Positions 10,001-19,417 of a DNA stretch of 64,000 nucleotides are shown one piece after another. Each line of letters opens with the position of its first letter. Position 1 is the first letter of the stretch. The stretch is from contig JAYVSV010000029.1 in assembly GCA_043775015.1 (NCBI GenBank), forward strand, positions 6,818 to 70,817, given 5' to 3'. The position numbers and the translations under genes were made by a program. This DNA comes from Verrucomicrobiota bacterium. Its GTDB lineage: Bacteria > Verrucomicrobiota > Verrucomicrobiia > Limisphaerales > CANJXF01. The notes beneath the pieces were generated by a model. The model was not told where the DNA came from. It did not search any database and saw only the letters and a program-made list of their open reading frames with translations.

Positions 10001-10819
10001 ACACTCACTCCAGATGAAATGGCGGCGCACGGTGCGGCCACCGATTGGAACGCGGTCGGCGAACAAGTCGGCGCGTTGCAAAAGCGGATTGACGAAATCG
10101 GGCCGGTTAATCTGGTGGCCATCGAGGAATACGAAGAAACCGAACAGCGCCACACGTTCCTCACGACGCAACACGACGATTTGACCCAGGCGAAAACGCA
10201 GTTGATGGAAGTAATCAATCGCATCAACACGCAGACGAAGGAAATGTTCACGGAGACATTCAACAAAATCCGCGACAACTTCCGGTTGATGTTCACGGAA
10301 ATTTTTGGCGGCGGTAAAGCGGACCTCATTTTGGTAAATGAAGGCGATGTTTTGGAAAGCGGCATCGACATCGTGGCCCGTCCGCCCGGAAAACAATTGC
10401 AGACGATTTCACTTTTATCCGGCGGCGAACAAACGATGACCGCGGTCGCCCTGCTCTTCTCGATTTATCAAGTGAAGCCCAGCCCGTTTTGCGTCCTCGA
10501 CGAATTAGATGCGCCGCTCGACGAATCGAACGTCAACCGTTTCGTTAAAGTGCTGCAACGCTTTCTCGCACACTCGCAGTTCGTCATCATCACGCACAAC
10601 AAGCGCACCATCGGCATGGCTGACGTGCTCTACGGCGTGACGATGCAGGAGCATGGCGTGAGCAAAATCGTGAGCGTTAAATTTCATAAATCCGGCGAGG
10701 TGGTAACTGATCACAAACCGGTTTCGCTGGAGACGCCGACAACAGGACTGAGTGTCGAAGCCGAAGAAGATGCAATGCACAAAGCGGAGGAGACTCTGGA
10801 AATTGCAATGGCGAAGTGA
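7028..10819 (+). CDS. smc: Chromosome segregation protein SMC
   Basis: GFKSF, Walker A GPNGCGKSN, coiled coils, hinge, LSGGE signature and LDELDAPLD Walker B/D-loop. Confidence 0.98.
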   Translation: MYLKNLTALGFKSFADKTSLNFQPGVTAIVGPNGCGKSNVSDAIRWVLGEQSAKALRGGEMADVIFNGTDGRKPLGMAEVSLTIGGVDGEHLVTAGVEVAYDEVTLTRRVFRDGGSEYFINKTPCRLKDVQQLFMGTGVGRTSYSIMAQGNITQILSSKPDDRRMVFEEAAGITKFKSQKKEALRKLESTDQNLLRVADLIREVKRQIGSLQRQAGKAKRYKQLAQELQHLDTQLARHQFDVLQGEINERQASVEKLRVEIEVCSESVLRGENEIAQLRERLSELEQQINQTQQRGLELKSQIDRHESRIHFNEERLREFESQNSKALTEITQSEERRLAAEQELAVVTEKLAASQSGLEEQKKNLETKRAALSGVEQELSAKQEAIRKAQSDLFAAAQQLTRVRNEINALDMQKQGNVIRLEKLSSEKIQLEEERTRLETRLHEFASNVEAEKLSVQTQRGTVEQRQERLKEIQTELTQITQRLDDVLRQQAEKRSRLNVLEQLNEAHEGFSTGTLAALKTAQNVLGSLADKIQVPNEYVVAIEAALGHNLQLVLTEQPESAQQILGDLNANKKGRASIAALAFSGTGVSPVRISETTESNVLETHGRDARATTALSIIEADSSIQPLLQQLLGQTLIVSDLAAAVSAFRESNGAFDFVTQSGELLNRNGIFTGGNANSNGSGNASSILGRKNQITELQSAAGQLQEQVNEISRNKGALLSEQTELQASLQAAQTELRTQEVAIATRQGEHNALQNSQRVLHQKIDTVVYEITSLAAQEQEGNQKRETLAARIGHFENSERELQAQVNELNAALEQLRQQRDAANAALTETKVSLATEEQLCSSFRNQKQPLEQRIHELTHLAEQRRTEIASFLNRKAQAESEIAESRQKIDSLQHDREQVNAQAAELIGQKDAQENEVSTREENLREQRRRLTEIQQQRGSLEVELAQKNMSVQNLREKIQQKYQVNLDDVRSECITITFADEGAAKIHTLTPDEMAAHGAATDWNAVGEQVGALQKRIDEIGPVNLVAIEEYEETEQRHTFLTTQHDDLTQAKTQLMEVINRINTQTKEMFTETFNKIRDNFRLMFTEIFGGGKADLILVNEGDVLESGIDIVARPPGKQLQTISLLSGGEQTMTAVALLFSIYQVKPSPFCVLDELDAPLDESNVNRFVKVLQRFLAHSQFVIITHNKRTIGMADVLYGVTMQEHGVSKIVSVKFHKSGEVVTDHKPVSLETPTTGLSVEAEEDAMHKAEETLEIAMAK
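8782..8870. repeat. REPIN-like inverted repeat inserted in frame within the smc hinge
   Basis: TAGTGGCACGGGCGTCTCGCCCGTGCG (8782-8808) and CGCACGGGCGGGACGCCCGTGCCACTA (8844-8870) form a 26/27 inverted match, and each arm is itself palindromic. Confidence 0.88.
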
Positions 10820-10836
10820 AATTTGCGCCGAATCAA

Positions 10837-13431
10837 TCAATCGTTTTTTGCGCCAGATTTCCGCTGATTTTCCTCGCACTCTCGGATCGCAGATTCAATC
10901 CACCACTGTTGATCTGAAATCGCCGTTTTTTTGCGAGCGGCGCGTAGCGCGGCCAACGAAGTTTCTGGTTGTCGGGCAAGTAACTTTATCGCGGCTTCTC
11001 GTTTTGAAAAATCTTTGTCGCCCAGTTGAGAAATTAATTTCTGAATCCGCTCCGTCGGATTGGATCGAATTTCAAAAAGGACCTCCGATGGCGCCGGATC
11101 CATTTGCAACCACTCGTCGATGGCGGCGACTTGCACACGATGTTTGCCGTTGGCCAAATCATCGAGGCGCACGAGCGTGTTGGTTGTGGCGTTGTTCCAT
11201 GCAGCGTCATCCACGCGCCAGATAAAACGCGGTTGAGTCGCACCGCCAGAGATTTCCACAGTCACAGCGTCGTCGGATTCGTCGGCGAGTCTTGCTTTCG
11301 TGTCCGGCAACTTTCCGCGCGCAGGAATCAGAACATATTCTTCGCAACTGGCCACCACGGTTCGGAGAAAGCAGTTTCCAAAATTATCCATGAACGCTTC
11401 GAGAATTTTGCGTCCGTCAATGAATGGCTGCGGTTCGTTCGGCGCGAAACGCGAAACGTGCAATCCGTAACCCGCGCAGAAAAGCTGTTTGCGCACCGTC
11501 GCCCAAAAAATGCCGCGACGATCGGCCACCACGGAATCGGCTTCGGGCAAATAGGGCGGACTTGAAGCGGCGGTGCTGGCCGTTGTTTTCGGCGGCTCAT
11601 CGTCCGTCGCGCCCCACTTCCCGAAATCATCGAGTTGCCAGACTTTGCTGTTCAAAAAGATGGAAAGTTTATTTTCGCGATCAAAGTAGGGCTTGCCGCC
11701 GGGCCAATTCATCAAACCGCGCGAGACGATGATGTTTTTGTTCCAATGACGCCATTCATGTCCGTCGAAATAGCGGACTTCCGTGGTGCGGTCTTCGTAA
11801 CAAATGCGTCCATCGGGAGAAAACGCCGCCGCGAACATCGCGTCGCCGTTGCCGAGTCTGGTGTCGGCAAGTTTGGCAGCCTGCGCTTGCAACGCCGTCG
11901 GAAAACCCGAGTAGCGCTCGAATTTGCCCGAGGTCGAATCAAAAATTAAACAAGGCCGCAACTGCGGGTCAGGATTCCAATTTCCGTCAATAAACCAAAC
12001 GCGATTTTTGGAATCGGTCAGCAACTGGCAATCGCCCCAAAGTTGCAAGCCGTTGGGCAAAGGATGGTGCTGCCACTTCTTACCGTCCCATTCGCTTAAC
12101 GCGCTTTCTTTGTGACGGAGCACGGCGAAAATTTTTCCATCGACGGTTTGCAGCAGCGGACGTGTCGCTCGAAAAACTTTCGACGATGCCGCGACGGCGG
12201 GCTTGGTCAAAAGCAGCGGCGCATCCGCGAGCAATCCGCCGCGATTGAATTGAAGGCCAAGAATCTGGCCATTCTTAACTTGAAACCAGCGATGGATGCT
12301 TTCGAACGGCGAATTGTTTTGCCAATTAATTTGGCGCGGCTCGCCGTCCTCGCGCGGCACGAACCATCCGCCGGTGCCGAACGCACCGAGCCACAATCCA
12401 TCCGCCGCGAAAATCCAGCGGCGATCGGCGAATTGTTCCATCGCGCCGTCGCTGTCGAGTCCGCCAATCAATTTTTTCCATCGACCAGCGCGCAATCGCC
12501 AGAGTGAATTGAGCAAACCATTTTCATCGTAATCGCTCGCGCTGCCGGCAATAACGTAGCGATCATCACCATCACTGAAAATTTTTTGCACGACGCGAAA
12601 GGCACCGGGTTGCGGTTCAGCAACGGGCGAGCCGTGCAAGGATTCGACGTCCAAAGAAAAAATTCCGGCGTCGCGCACGGCGATCCAAAGATTTGTTTTT
12701 GAAATTGGCGCGAGGACTGAAATTCGATTTGTAGCCGTGCCTCCGAAGCCGGGATGCAGCGTCATTTCGTCGGCGTCAAAAATCAACACACCGCGAATCG
12801 CGCCGCGCTCATCGCCGCCGAGAAGATAATTTGACCAGAACCAAATCCGGCCGCGCGGATCTTCCATCATCGAGACGGGCAAACGGTTCGTCGCATCGCC
12901 GCCGGGAAACAATTCATCGGTGGTGATGGTGTGGATAGTTTTGTAAGCGTAGCCTTTGGCGCGGGAAGTTTTGAGAATGTTCAGCGCTGCTTCGATGAGC
13001 CAAAGATTTGTATTCAAGTCTGTCATCACGGTCACGAGTTTGGCCGGTCCGTGAAGGTTGCCACGGCGAGGATGTTTCTCGTCAAACCACGCCACGGTGT
13101 TGCCGTCTTTTTCGCTGTGCCAAATCGAATAAGCATTTCCGTTGGCCGCAGTCTCAAAGGTGGCGGCGACAGCATCGGTCCCGAAAGACGAACTCGATCC
13201 CATCCACGGGGAATTATTATAACTTGGCTGCCAATTTTCGTTCCAGCGAAACCAGCGATTCGGCTGCGCGTCGGTGGCGTTAATCATGCCCGAGCCGTCT
13301 TGTGCGGCAGCTTGCAAAGCGGACCAATTTTCTTTTTCAAAAATCTGAATCTGCGCCGACAAACGCAAATGAAAAAAGCTCGCGATTAAAATAAACGCCG
13401 CGATTCCGCTGACTCGAATTTTTTTCACCAT
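10837..13431 (-). CDS. Secreted beta-propeller-like protein with C-terminal Ig/Y_Y_Y-like and HEAT-like segments
   Basis: Signal peptide, repeated 'D..G.IWF' blades, LDDLANGKHRVQVAAID...DPAP, and terminal LISQLGDKDFSKREAA. Confidence 0.65.
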   Translation of the reverse strand: MVKKIRVSGIAAFILIASFFHLRLSAQIQIFEKENWSALQAAAQDGSGMINATDAQPNRWFRWNENWQPSYNNSPWMGSSSSFGTDAVAATFETAANGNAYSIWHSEKDGNTVAWFDEKHPRRGNLHGPAKLVTVMTDLNTNLWLIEAALNILKTSRAKGYAYKTIHTITTDELFPGGDATNRLPVSMMEDPRGRIWFWSNYLLGGDERGAIRGVLIFDADEMTLHPGFGGTATNRISVLAPISKTNLWIAVRDAGIFSLDVESLHGSPVAEPQPGAFRVVQKIFSDGDDRYVIAGSASDYDENGLLNSLWRLRAGRWKKLIGGLDSDGAMEQFADRRWIFAADGLWLGAFGTGGWFVPREDGEPRQINWQNNSPFESIHRWFQVKNGQILGLQFNRGGLLADAPLLLTKPAVAASSKVFRATRPLLQTVDGKIFAVLRHKESALSEWDGKKWQHHPLPNGLQLWGDCQLLTDSKNRVWFIDGNWNPDPQLRPCLIFDSTSGKFERYSGFPTALQAQAAKLADTRLGNGDAMFAAAFSPDGRICYEDRTTEVRYFDGHEWRHWNKNIIVSRGLMNWPGGKPYFDRENKLSIFLNSKVWQLDDFGKWGATDDEPPKTTASTAASSPPYLPEADSVVADRRGIFWATVRKQLFCAGYGLHVSRFAPNEPQPFIDGRKILEAFMDNFGNCFLRTVVASCEEYVLIPARGKLPDTKARLADESDDAVTVEISGGATQPRFIWRVDDAAWNNATTNTLVRLDDLANGKHRVQVAAIDEWLQMDPAPSEVLFEIRSNPTERIQKLISQLGDKDFSKREAAIKLLARQPETSLAALRAARKKTAISDQQWWIESAIRECEENQRKSGAKND

Positions 13432-13438
13432 AAGAATT

Positions 13439-14959
13439 TCACCATGAATAATGGACTGAGTAGGAAACTGTTTCTTCCGCGTCCGGTTTCACTTGCACGC
13501 GAAACTCGATATTCTGTGCGTCGGTCTTTTTGAAGGCGTTGGATTTCTCGGTGATTTCCCAATTCGTCCAACGGTAGAGATGTTCGACCACGCGGATTTC
13601 GACGGGCGTTTTCTTGTGATTGCGCAGTTTGATTTCGAACGTTTCATCAACCCATTTCCCGTCGGAATCCATTTTGTAATTAGTGCGCTCGCGTTCACCG
13701 ACTAGGTCGAACGCGCTGCCGGTGGAAACGCGGATCGTCTCGTCGCGCGGCGTGTGGTCAATCGTATCTTCGCCGGTGAATTCCAACTGGCCGTCGGCGT
13801 CGCGCCGATAAAATCGCAAACGGCCTTTGGGCAGCGGCATGCCGAGATGGTTCATTTCCGAATTGGCGAATTCGCGCATGACCCAGATTTTCGGATTTGA
13901 TTGCGTGCCGTAATCGCGGTCCTGGCGAATGTTGTCGTAGCCCCAGCCGTTGTAACGATTGGCGTCAATTTTCACGCCGTCATAGACGTAAATCGCCTCT
14001 GACTTAATGCCATTGGCGCGAACGAATTCGACTTGTTTCGTTTCGCGGTCGAGCAACGTCGTGGAGCGTTCCAGCGTGTAGAGATGATATTCGTCGAAAG
14101 ATTTTTCGGAAACGGCGGGGCGAGGAGGTCCGCCTCCGCCTCCGCTGCCGCCCATTCCACGACGATTTCGTTCCTCGAATTGAATTTTCTGCACGTCGCC
14201 GGCCATCAATTTAATTTTCGCATCCGGAAAAGTTTTGCCGCTCTGATTGTCCATTGTGACCCAGCCAATCAAATCGAGCGCGTCGCCTTTTTCCGGCGAG
14301 ACCAGATTGTAATCCGCGTGCCAGCTCATGCCGCCGGTGACGTAACTGACTTCCGCGTCGAGCTTGCCCGGCTGGTCGGATTGAATCAGCCAGAGGAGCG
14401 TCGGCTTGAGAATCGTGTCGTCGCCGAGGCTTGGAAAAAGCGGCTGACCCGGAAGATTGAAACGAAGCTTACCGTCCACTTCGATGATCGGTTGCCCTGC
14501 TCCCGAAGGCGACGCGTAAGCCATTTGCGCAGAGGCGTAATCCGAGCCGTATCGCGACATCGCCTGATAATGCGGCACGTAACCGCTGCGAATAATTTTG
14601 CCCTGGATAATTTCGCGTTTCTGTTTTCCATCAACCATCGTGACGGTTTCAAAATCAATCGTCTTGCCCTCATTGAGCGAAAGCAGCAACTCCGCAGAGA
14701 TGGGGTCGGCGCGATAATTCTGTTCGAGAATTTGCAACGTGCGTTTGCCGGTGAGATCACGAAGCACCACGGAGTCCGGCTCGACATGCGCGGTCGCGTC
14801 GGCAAAACGGACCTGATTGACGCCTGACTTGAGGTCAAGCGAGACGGTGTCCCGGACGACTGCGAAGTTTTGGTTATAAATGGTGAGCGCAGGTTGAGCA
14901 GCGAGCGCCTTGAACGCGAACAGTGTGGTCACAATGGCGATAAAAGAATTTCGTTTCAT
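13439..14959 (-). CDS. DUF4139-domain secreted protein
   Basis: Signal peptide, LTIYNQNFAVVRD, SYVTGGMSWHADY, EYHLYTL...ETKQV, PLPKG and IDHTP motifs. Confidence 0.85.
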   Translation of the reverse strand: MKRNSFIAIVTTLFAFKALAAQPALTIYNQNFAVVRDTVSLDLKSGVNQVRFADATAHVEPDSVVLRDLTGKRTLQILEQNYRADPISAELLLSLNEGKTIDFETVTMVDGKQKREIIQGKIIRSGYVPHYQAMSRYGSDYASAQMAYASPSGAGQPIIEVDGKLRFNLPGQPLFPSLGDDTILKPTLLWLIQSDQPGKLDAEVSYVTGGMSWHADYNLVSPEKGDALDLIGWVTMDNQSGKTFPDAKIKLMAGDVQKIQFEERNRRGMGGSGGGGGPPRPAVSEKSFDEYHLYTLERSTTLLDRETKQVEFVRANGIKSEAIYVYDGVKIDANRYNGWGYDNIRQDRDYGTQSNPKIWVMREFANSEMNHLGMPLPKGRLRFYRRDADGQLEFTGEDTIDHTPRDETIRVSTGSAFDLVGERERTNYKMDSDGKWVDETFEIKLRNHKKTPVEIRVVEHLYRWTNWEITEKSNAFKKTDAQNIEFRVQVKPDAEETVSYSVHYSW

Positions 14960-15309
14960 AAAAAGTTTTCCGTTGTCAAAGTTGGAATTGGATTTTCCCT
15001 CGTTGTTGAATTTGTTAATGAAAAAGTGCTTCGGTTTAAATCCGGATGCGAGAAGATTTTCATCCCCATCATATAAACCCGCGCCAGGCGAAAAGTTGTC
15101 ATGTGCGGGTAAATGTTTTGTAAATCTTGTGTGAGACTCGCTGGATTTGAGGCTGGCGGAAAGTGGCTATTAGGTTTGGGGAGCGCGCTTGCTCAGGCTC
15201 CCGTCAGTTTGACCCCTGATAAAAAAACAGGGCGCAGTCAACTTGAATTCCCTTGCTCGCTGACTCGATGTTACTTCACGTATCGGTTAACAATTAAAAA
15301 AGGAGTAAC

Positions 15310-15923
15310 ATGAAAACTATCGTAATCTTAGCGGCCGCTTCGCTGGCCTTAGTCGGTTGTAATAATCGCGACAACACCATGAATGATTCTGCTGGCGCGC
15401 AGAAAATTCAAATTGAACAGTCCAAAGACGCTCAGAAAGACGCGTTGAATCAGCAGAAGAAACAGATCAAGCAAGCCAAAGATCAGCAACAGGATCAAAT
15501 CACCGCTCAAGCAAAATTGGAAAAGAAACAACTCGAAGCTCAGGCTGATGCTCAAAAAGCACAAATCGATGCTGAGAAAAAACAAATTGACGCTCAAGCA
15601 GCCGCTGCCAAAGCAGACGTAACAGCGCAATAAAAAATCAATGAAGCTGCGGGCGCGGTCAACGACAAATCGGTGGAATTGTCTGTTCAAACTCAAGGAG
15701 CGGATACTGACAAAGCTTTGTCGCAACAAATTCGTCAGTCGTTCACCAGTACGATCGGCCAGGATAATCCGACAGCGATGAAAAATATCACCATTACTTC
15801 GACCGAAGGAAAGGTAACCTAAAAAGGAAGCGTGAAGACAGAAGCTGAAAAGAAAAATCCGAAACTCAGGCCCAGAAAACTCCGGGCGTGACGTCAGTGG
15901 ATAATCAGCTTGAGGTGAAATAA
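15310..15923 (+). pseudogene. BON-domain (OsmY-like) lipoprotein, disrupted
   Basis: Lipobox LALVGC with a strong AAGGAG RBS. The frame continues past TAA 15631-33 (DKALSQQIRQ...KNITITSTEGKVT) and TAA 15820-22 (KGSVKTEAEKK). After a frameshift near 15852 it reads ETQAQKTPGVTSVDNQLEVK*, a BON C-terminus. Confidence 0.85.
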
Positions 15924-16020
15924 GTAACCTCTAGACCAAGGCGACGAGCGGTTTGCTAGGCCGCCTGTGTTTGGGCGGCGCTTTGGACTTTTAAGCCGTG
16001 GCGAAAATTCGCCAGGGCTT

Positions 16021-16353
16021 TTAAACGCCCATGTTGGAGAGCGTTGTGCAGATTCGATTCACGATCGCCACAAGTTCCGGATGGGATTTCTCAAAGCCTT
16101 CGACGGAAGAGGAAAGACCCTGCAAAGAAACCTTGAGCAGCTCTGGATTTTTTTCCTGACGAGTTGCTTCGTGCGCAGAAACGTTCGCAAACCCAGCAAT
16201 GCTCTCAGCTTGTTCGTCGTGCGTTTTCGAAAGAGCCGCAACTTCCTTCTTCAAAGTGGAAACGAGTTCAAGCAGTTCTGATCGATTCTCCTCTTTGATT
16301 GCACCGGTCGTTTGAAGTTTCGATTCAATTTTGGAAATTGTTTCTTCGAGCAT
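16021..16353 (-). CDS. DUF4404-family small helical protein
   Basis: C-terminal VEGFEKSHPELVAIVNRICTTLSNMGV motif. Start placed at MLEETI. Confidence 0.8.
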   Translation of the reverse strand: MLEETISKIESKLQTTGAIKEENRSELLELVSTLKKEVAALSKTHDEQAESIAGFANVSAHEATRQEKNPELLKVSLQGLSSSVEGFEKSHPELVAIVNRICTTLSNMGV

Positions 16354-16457
16354 GGAAAAAGAATAATGGCCCATCGACAAAAGAAAAGGAGACAATCGGG
16401 TTTGCCTCTCCATCTCAAACAGGCTCTACTCACCGCAGCAACGGTTTGGATTTTAAT

Positions 16458-17642
16458 ATGCGTGTTTTAATTGCAACAGTAACGGCCGGAGGTGGTCATT
16501 TGGCGGCGGCAGCGGCGACGGAAGAATCATGGAAAGCCCTGCGTCCAAATGACGTGGTCGAGCGGGTTGATGTGCTTCAATTTGCGTCCAAGCTTTACCG
16601 CAAAATTTATAGTCAGGGTTACGTGAAAGTAATCGAGCACGTTCCCGAACTTTACGCGCTGGTCTTCAAAAAAACGGACAATCAAGAGCAAGTCCGCAAG
16701 ATGAGCCGCTTTCGCCGAACTTTCGCGCGACAGACCAACAAGGCTTTCATTCGACATCTGAAGTTGTTCAAACCAGACATAGTCCTCTGCACGCATTATT
16801 TGCCGCTTGAAATTCTTTGCTATCCTGAAGACCGGGCGAAAGGCCCGCACCCGTTCACCGTTTGCATCGTGACCGATTTCGAAGCGCACGCCTTCTGGCT
16901 CGAACCACCGGCGGACTTTTACTGTGTTGCCACTGAAGAAACCAAAGAAAGCCTGATTGCCCGTGGCGCAAAGCGCGAGCAGATCGCGAGCACCGGTATT
17001 CCAATCTCGTCGAAATTCCTGGCGAAAATCAACCAAACCCAAGTGCGGAAACGTTACGGCTTGCGCGACGACATGCCGACCTTGCTCGTGCTGGGCGGCG
17101 GTTTTGGCATGGGTCCCGTTGCAGAAATTTTGGCGCAACTCGACAAAACGGAAGGTGAATTTCAGACGCTCGTCGTGGCTGGTCGCAATGAAGAACTGCG
17201 CCGCGATCTGGCGCTGCAAGATTTTCTGCATCCAACCCGGGTTCTCGGATTCGCCAGCAACATGCACGAGCTGATGGGAATTGCGGACCTCATCATTACC
17301 AAGCCGGGCGGCCTGACCACATCGGAGGCACTGGCGCTGGGCAAACCACTTTTCATTTTGAATCCCATCCCCGGACAGGAGGCAGCGAACAGCGATTTCC
17401 TTTTGGCCCGTGGCGCAGTCGCCAAAGTAAATCGCGTGGATGACCTGCCTTATCGTCTCCAACAATTACTCGGCTCAAAGAAATTGTCGGAGATGGCTGC
17501 GGCCGCCAAGTCGCTCGGTCGCCCGTTCGCCGCGAAAGATATTTGCCGCGAGGTTATGGCGCGTTTTGAAGCGCAGACTGCGCAAAAGGTTGACCCAGAG
17601 GTCACTTTGTTCAAACGGAAAAAAGCGAAGAAAACCGCTTAG
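16458..17642 (+). CDS. Diacylglycerol glycosyltransferase (MGDG synthase/UgtP family, GT28)
   Basis: TAGGGH..AA, CTHYLP, VTDF..H..W, TGIPI, ITKPGGLTTSEA and PIPGQE..N motifs. Confidence 0.9.
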   Translation: MRVLIATVTAGGGHLAAAAATEESWKALRPNDVVERVDVLQFASKLYRKIYSQGYVKVIEHVPELYALVFKKTDNQEQVRKMSRFRRTFARQTNKAFIRHLKLFKPDIVLCTHYLPLEILCYPEDRAKGPHPFTVCIVTDFEAHAFWLEPPADFYCVATEETKESLIARGAKREQIASTGIPISSKFLAKINQTQVRKRYGLRDDMPTLLVLGGGFGMGPVAEILAQLDKTEGEFQTLVVAGRNEELRRDLALQDFLHPTRVLGFASNMHELMGIADLIITKPGGLTTSEALALGKPLFILNPIPGQEAANSDFLLARGAVAKVNRVDDLPYRLQQLLGSKKLSEMAAAAKSLGRPFAAKDICREVMARFEAQTAQKVDPEVTLFKRKKAKKTA

Positions 17643-17756
17643 CCATCTCATTAAATTTCGCTGCAAACGGACATTCTCCGAACGCAAGGTCGGGATTTAA
17701 ATAGAATCAAAGCAGCGGTGGTACTAGATCTTTTTTTGCAAGCAGGGTGAGGGTTT

Positions 17757-19295
17757 TCAAGGATTTTTTCGGTGAACTTTTGTAAAGTCAATGTAGTCCG
17801 TATCGCCAACAATAAGTTTCTTTAAACCCACTTCGTAGGTTTTGCCCTCTTGGTTGTGCGCAGCGCGCTCCACGATTTCTTTGACCTCGACCTTGTTTGG
17901 CGGAGGACCGTTGCGCAGAAGTTCTTTGAGAATTCTTCCATTCATAGATCGAGGCGCCTTGATCCCTAGAAGATGAAGAATGGTCGGAGCGAGATCAATA
18001 TTGCCGGTCGGCACGTCACTGCGAAGGCCGCGCTTAAAACCAGGCCCGGAGGCGATCAGGCGAATGTTCAAATCAAACGGGCTGGAAGTGCCGTGACCTG
18101 CGATGCCGTTGTTGGCCGTTGTCCCTCGATAACCGAACGCGTTGGTTTGGTCAGTCCAATCGGAATCGACTAAAATGTCTGCCGCTCGCTCGTGGTTCCA
18201 GTGAATGAGATCGAACGACAAGGTTCCGGAAACAAACCCGTGGGCTCTCCCTAGTTTTTCAGCGCGGGTAAAAATCGCGCCGACCAAGACCGTCTCCTGC
18301 AACATACGAACAATTGCTTTGATCTTTTCCTCGTCACGATTTTTTACATGGATCTGATTTGAGACAATGTTGACACCATCATTTAGACCGCGATCGCTCA
18401 AAAGCTTTTGCAGGTTAACCCCACCCGTGTAGCTCGAAAAACCGTGATCCGTTGTAACGAAGATATTTATTTTATCTTTTAGCCCGCGAGCCTTCAATCC
18501 GTCCAGAAGGTAACCAACCTCGGCATCCACATGCCGCACCGCTTCGAGAGTTTCGGAGCTGCCAACTCCACTGCCGTGCTCCACGCCGTCAGGATCGGTT
18601 AGCCAGAGAATAATCACATCTGGAGACGTTTTTTTTCCAACATTTTCGAGCACGGCTTGAACAGCCCAGCGATTTCCTTTTCGGCTCGGTTTGGATTCTC
18701 CGGGAAACGGTCCCAACAATTTTTCCGCTCGCGCCTGGTTTTCCCCGGGCTTGACCAACCCGCGACTGTTCCAGATGCCGTCTCCTTTGAGTTTATGATT
18801 CAGCAGCAGTGAAGCCCCGGTCGAAGATGACCCGGCGACAAATAACCTTTTACCTTTCTTTTCCATCAACTCACCGAGGGAAGGCGCGGTCAAGAGATGT
18901 CCGCTGGTTTTCGTCTCCATTTCAAGGAGAGCCGTTGCGTCGGCCGTATTAATCGGATTCGATGAAACCGCTGGAAGAAAAATCGTATTCTGCAGAATGC
19001 CGTGCGCTGCCGGATACGACCCCGTGGCGATGGACGACGCATTCACACGCGTGACGCTCGAAAAAACCGAATGATGCCGTTGCGCGACCACCCCAGACTG
19101 CCCCAGCGCATCCAAGTTCGGCATCAGTTCAGGCGAGATATAATCGGGTCGCAACCCATCAATCACGACCATCAAAACGGTTGGCTGGTTTTCACGGGAC
19201 TCGACCGTGTTACCGCAGAAAAAACCAACGCTGAGCAATAATACTAACGCGCAGAATCGAAACATTTCGGGTCTGATTCTTATCAGTTTCTTCAT
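17757..19295 (-). CDS. Alkaline phosphatase superfamily nucleotide pyrophosphatase/phosphodiesterase
   Basis: VIDGLRPD, SVTRVN nucleophile region, DPD..EH, TTDHG, GHG and NIDLAPT motifs; signal peptide. Start uncertain. Confidence 0.85.
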   Translation of the reverse strand: MKKLIRIRPEMFRFCALVLLLSVGFFCGNTVESRENQPTVLMVVIDGLRPDYISPELMPNLDALGQSGVVAQRHHSVFSSVTRVNASSIATGSYPAAHGILQNTIFLPAVSSNPINTADATALLEMETKTSGHLLTAPSLGELMEKKGKRLFVAGSSSTGASLLLNHKLKGDGIWNSRGLVKPGENQARAEKLLGPFPGESKPSRKGNRWAVQAVLENVGKKTSPDVIILWLTDPDGVEHGSGVGSSETLEAVRHVDAEVGYLLDGLKARGLKDKINIFVTTDHGFSSYTGGVNLQKLLSDRGLNDGVNIVSNQIHVKNRDEEKIKAIVRMLQETVLVGAIFTRAEKLGRAHGFVSGTLSFDLIHWNHERAADILVDSDWTDQTNAFGYRGTTANNGIAGHGTSSPFDLNIRLIASGPGFKRGLRSDVPTGNIDLAPTILHLLGIKAPRSMNGRILKELLRNGPPPNKVEVKEIVERAAHNQEGKTYEVGLKKLIVGDTDYIDFTKVHRKNP

Positions 19296-19417
19296 GGAAA
19301 ATATTCTGTTCCAAGCACGACATCCAAAGCCAATCAATTATTCAGGTTCTCTACGGCAGTAAAAATTCGGCTCCAAAAACTTACAGGTTGTCGGGTTTGC
19401 TCCGGCTGGTCATGGTT

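Noticed and set aside
6965-10879. Long antisense ORFs over smc, and similar ones over ClC, ugtP, kup, mreB and rne
   Set aside because: They are shadow ORFs opposite well-supported genes and carry no motifs.
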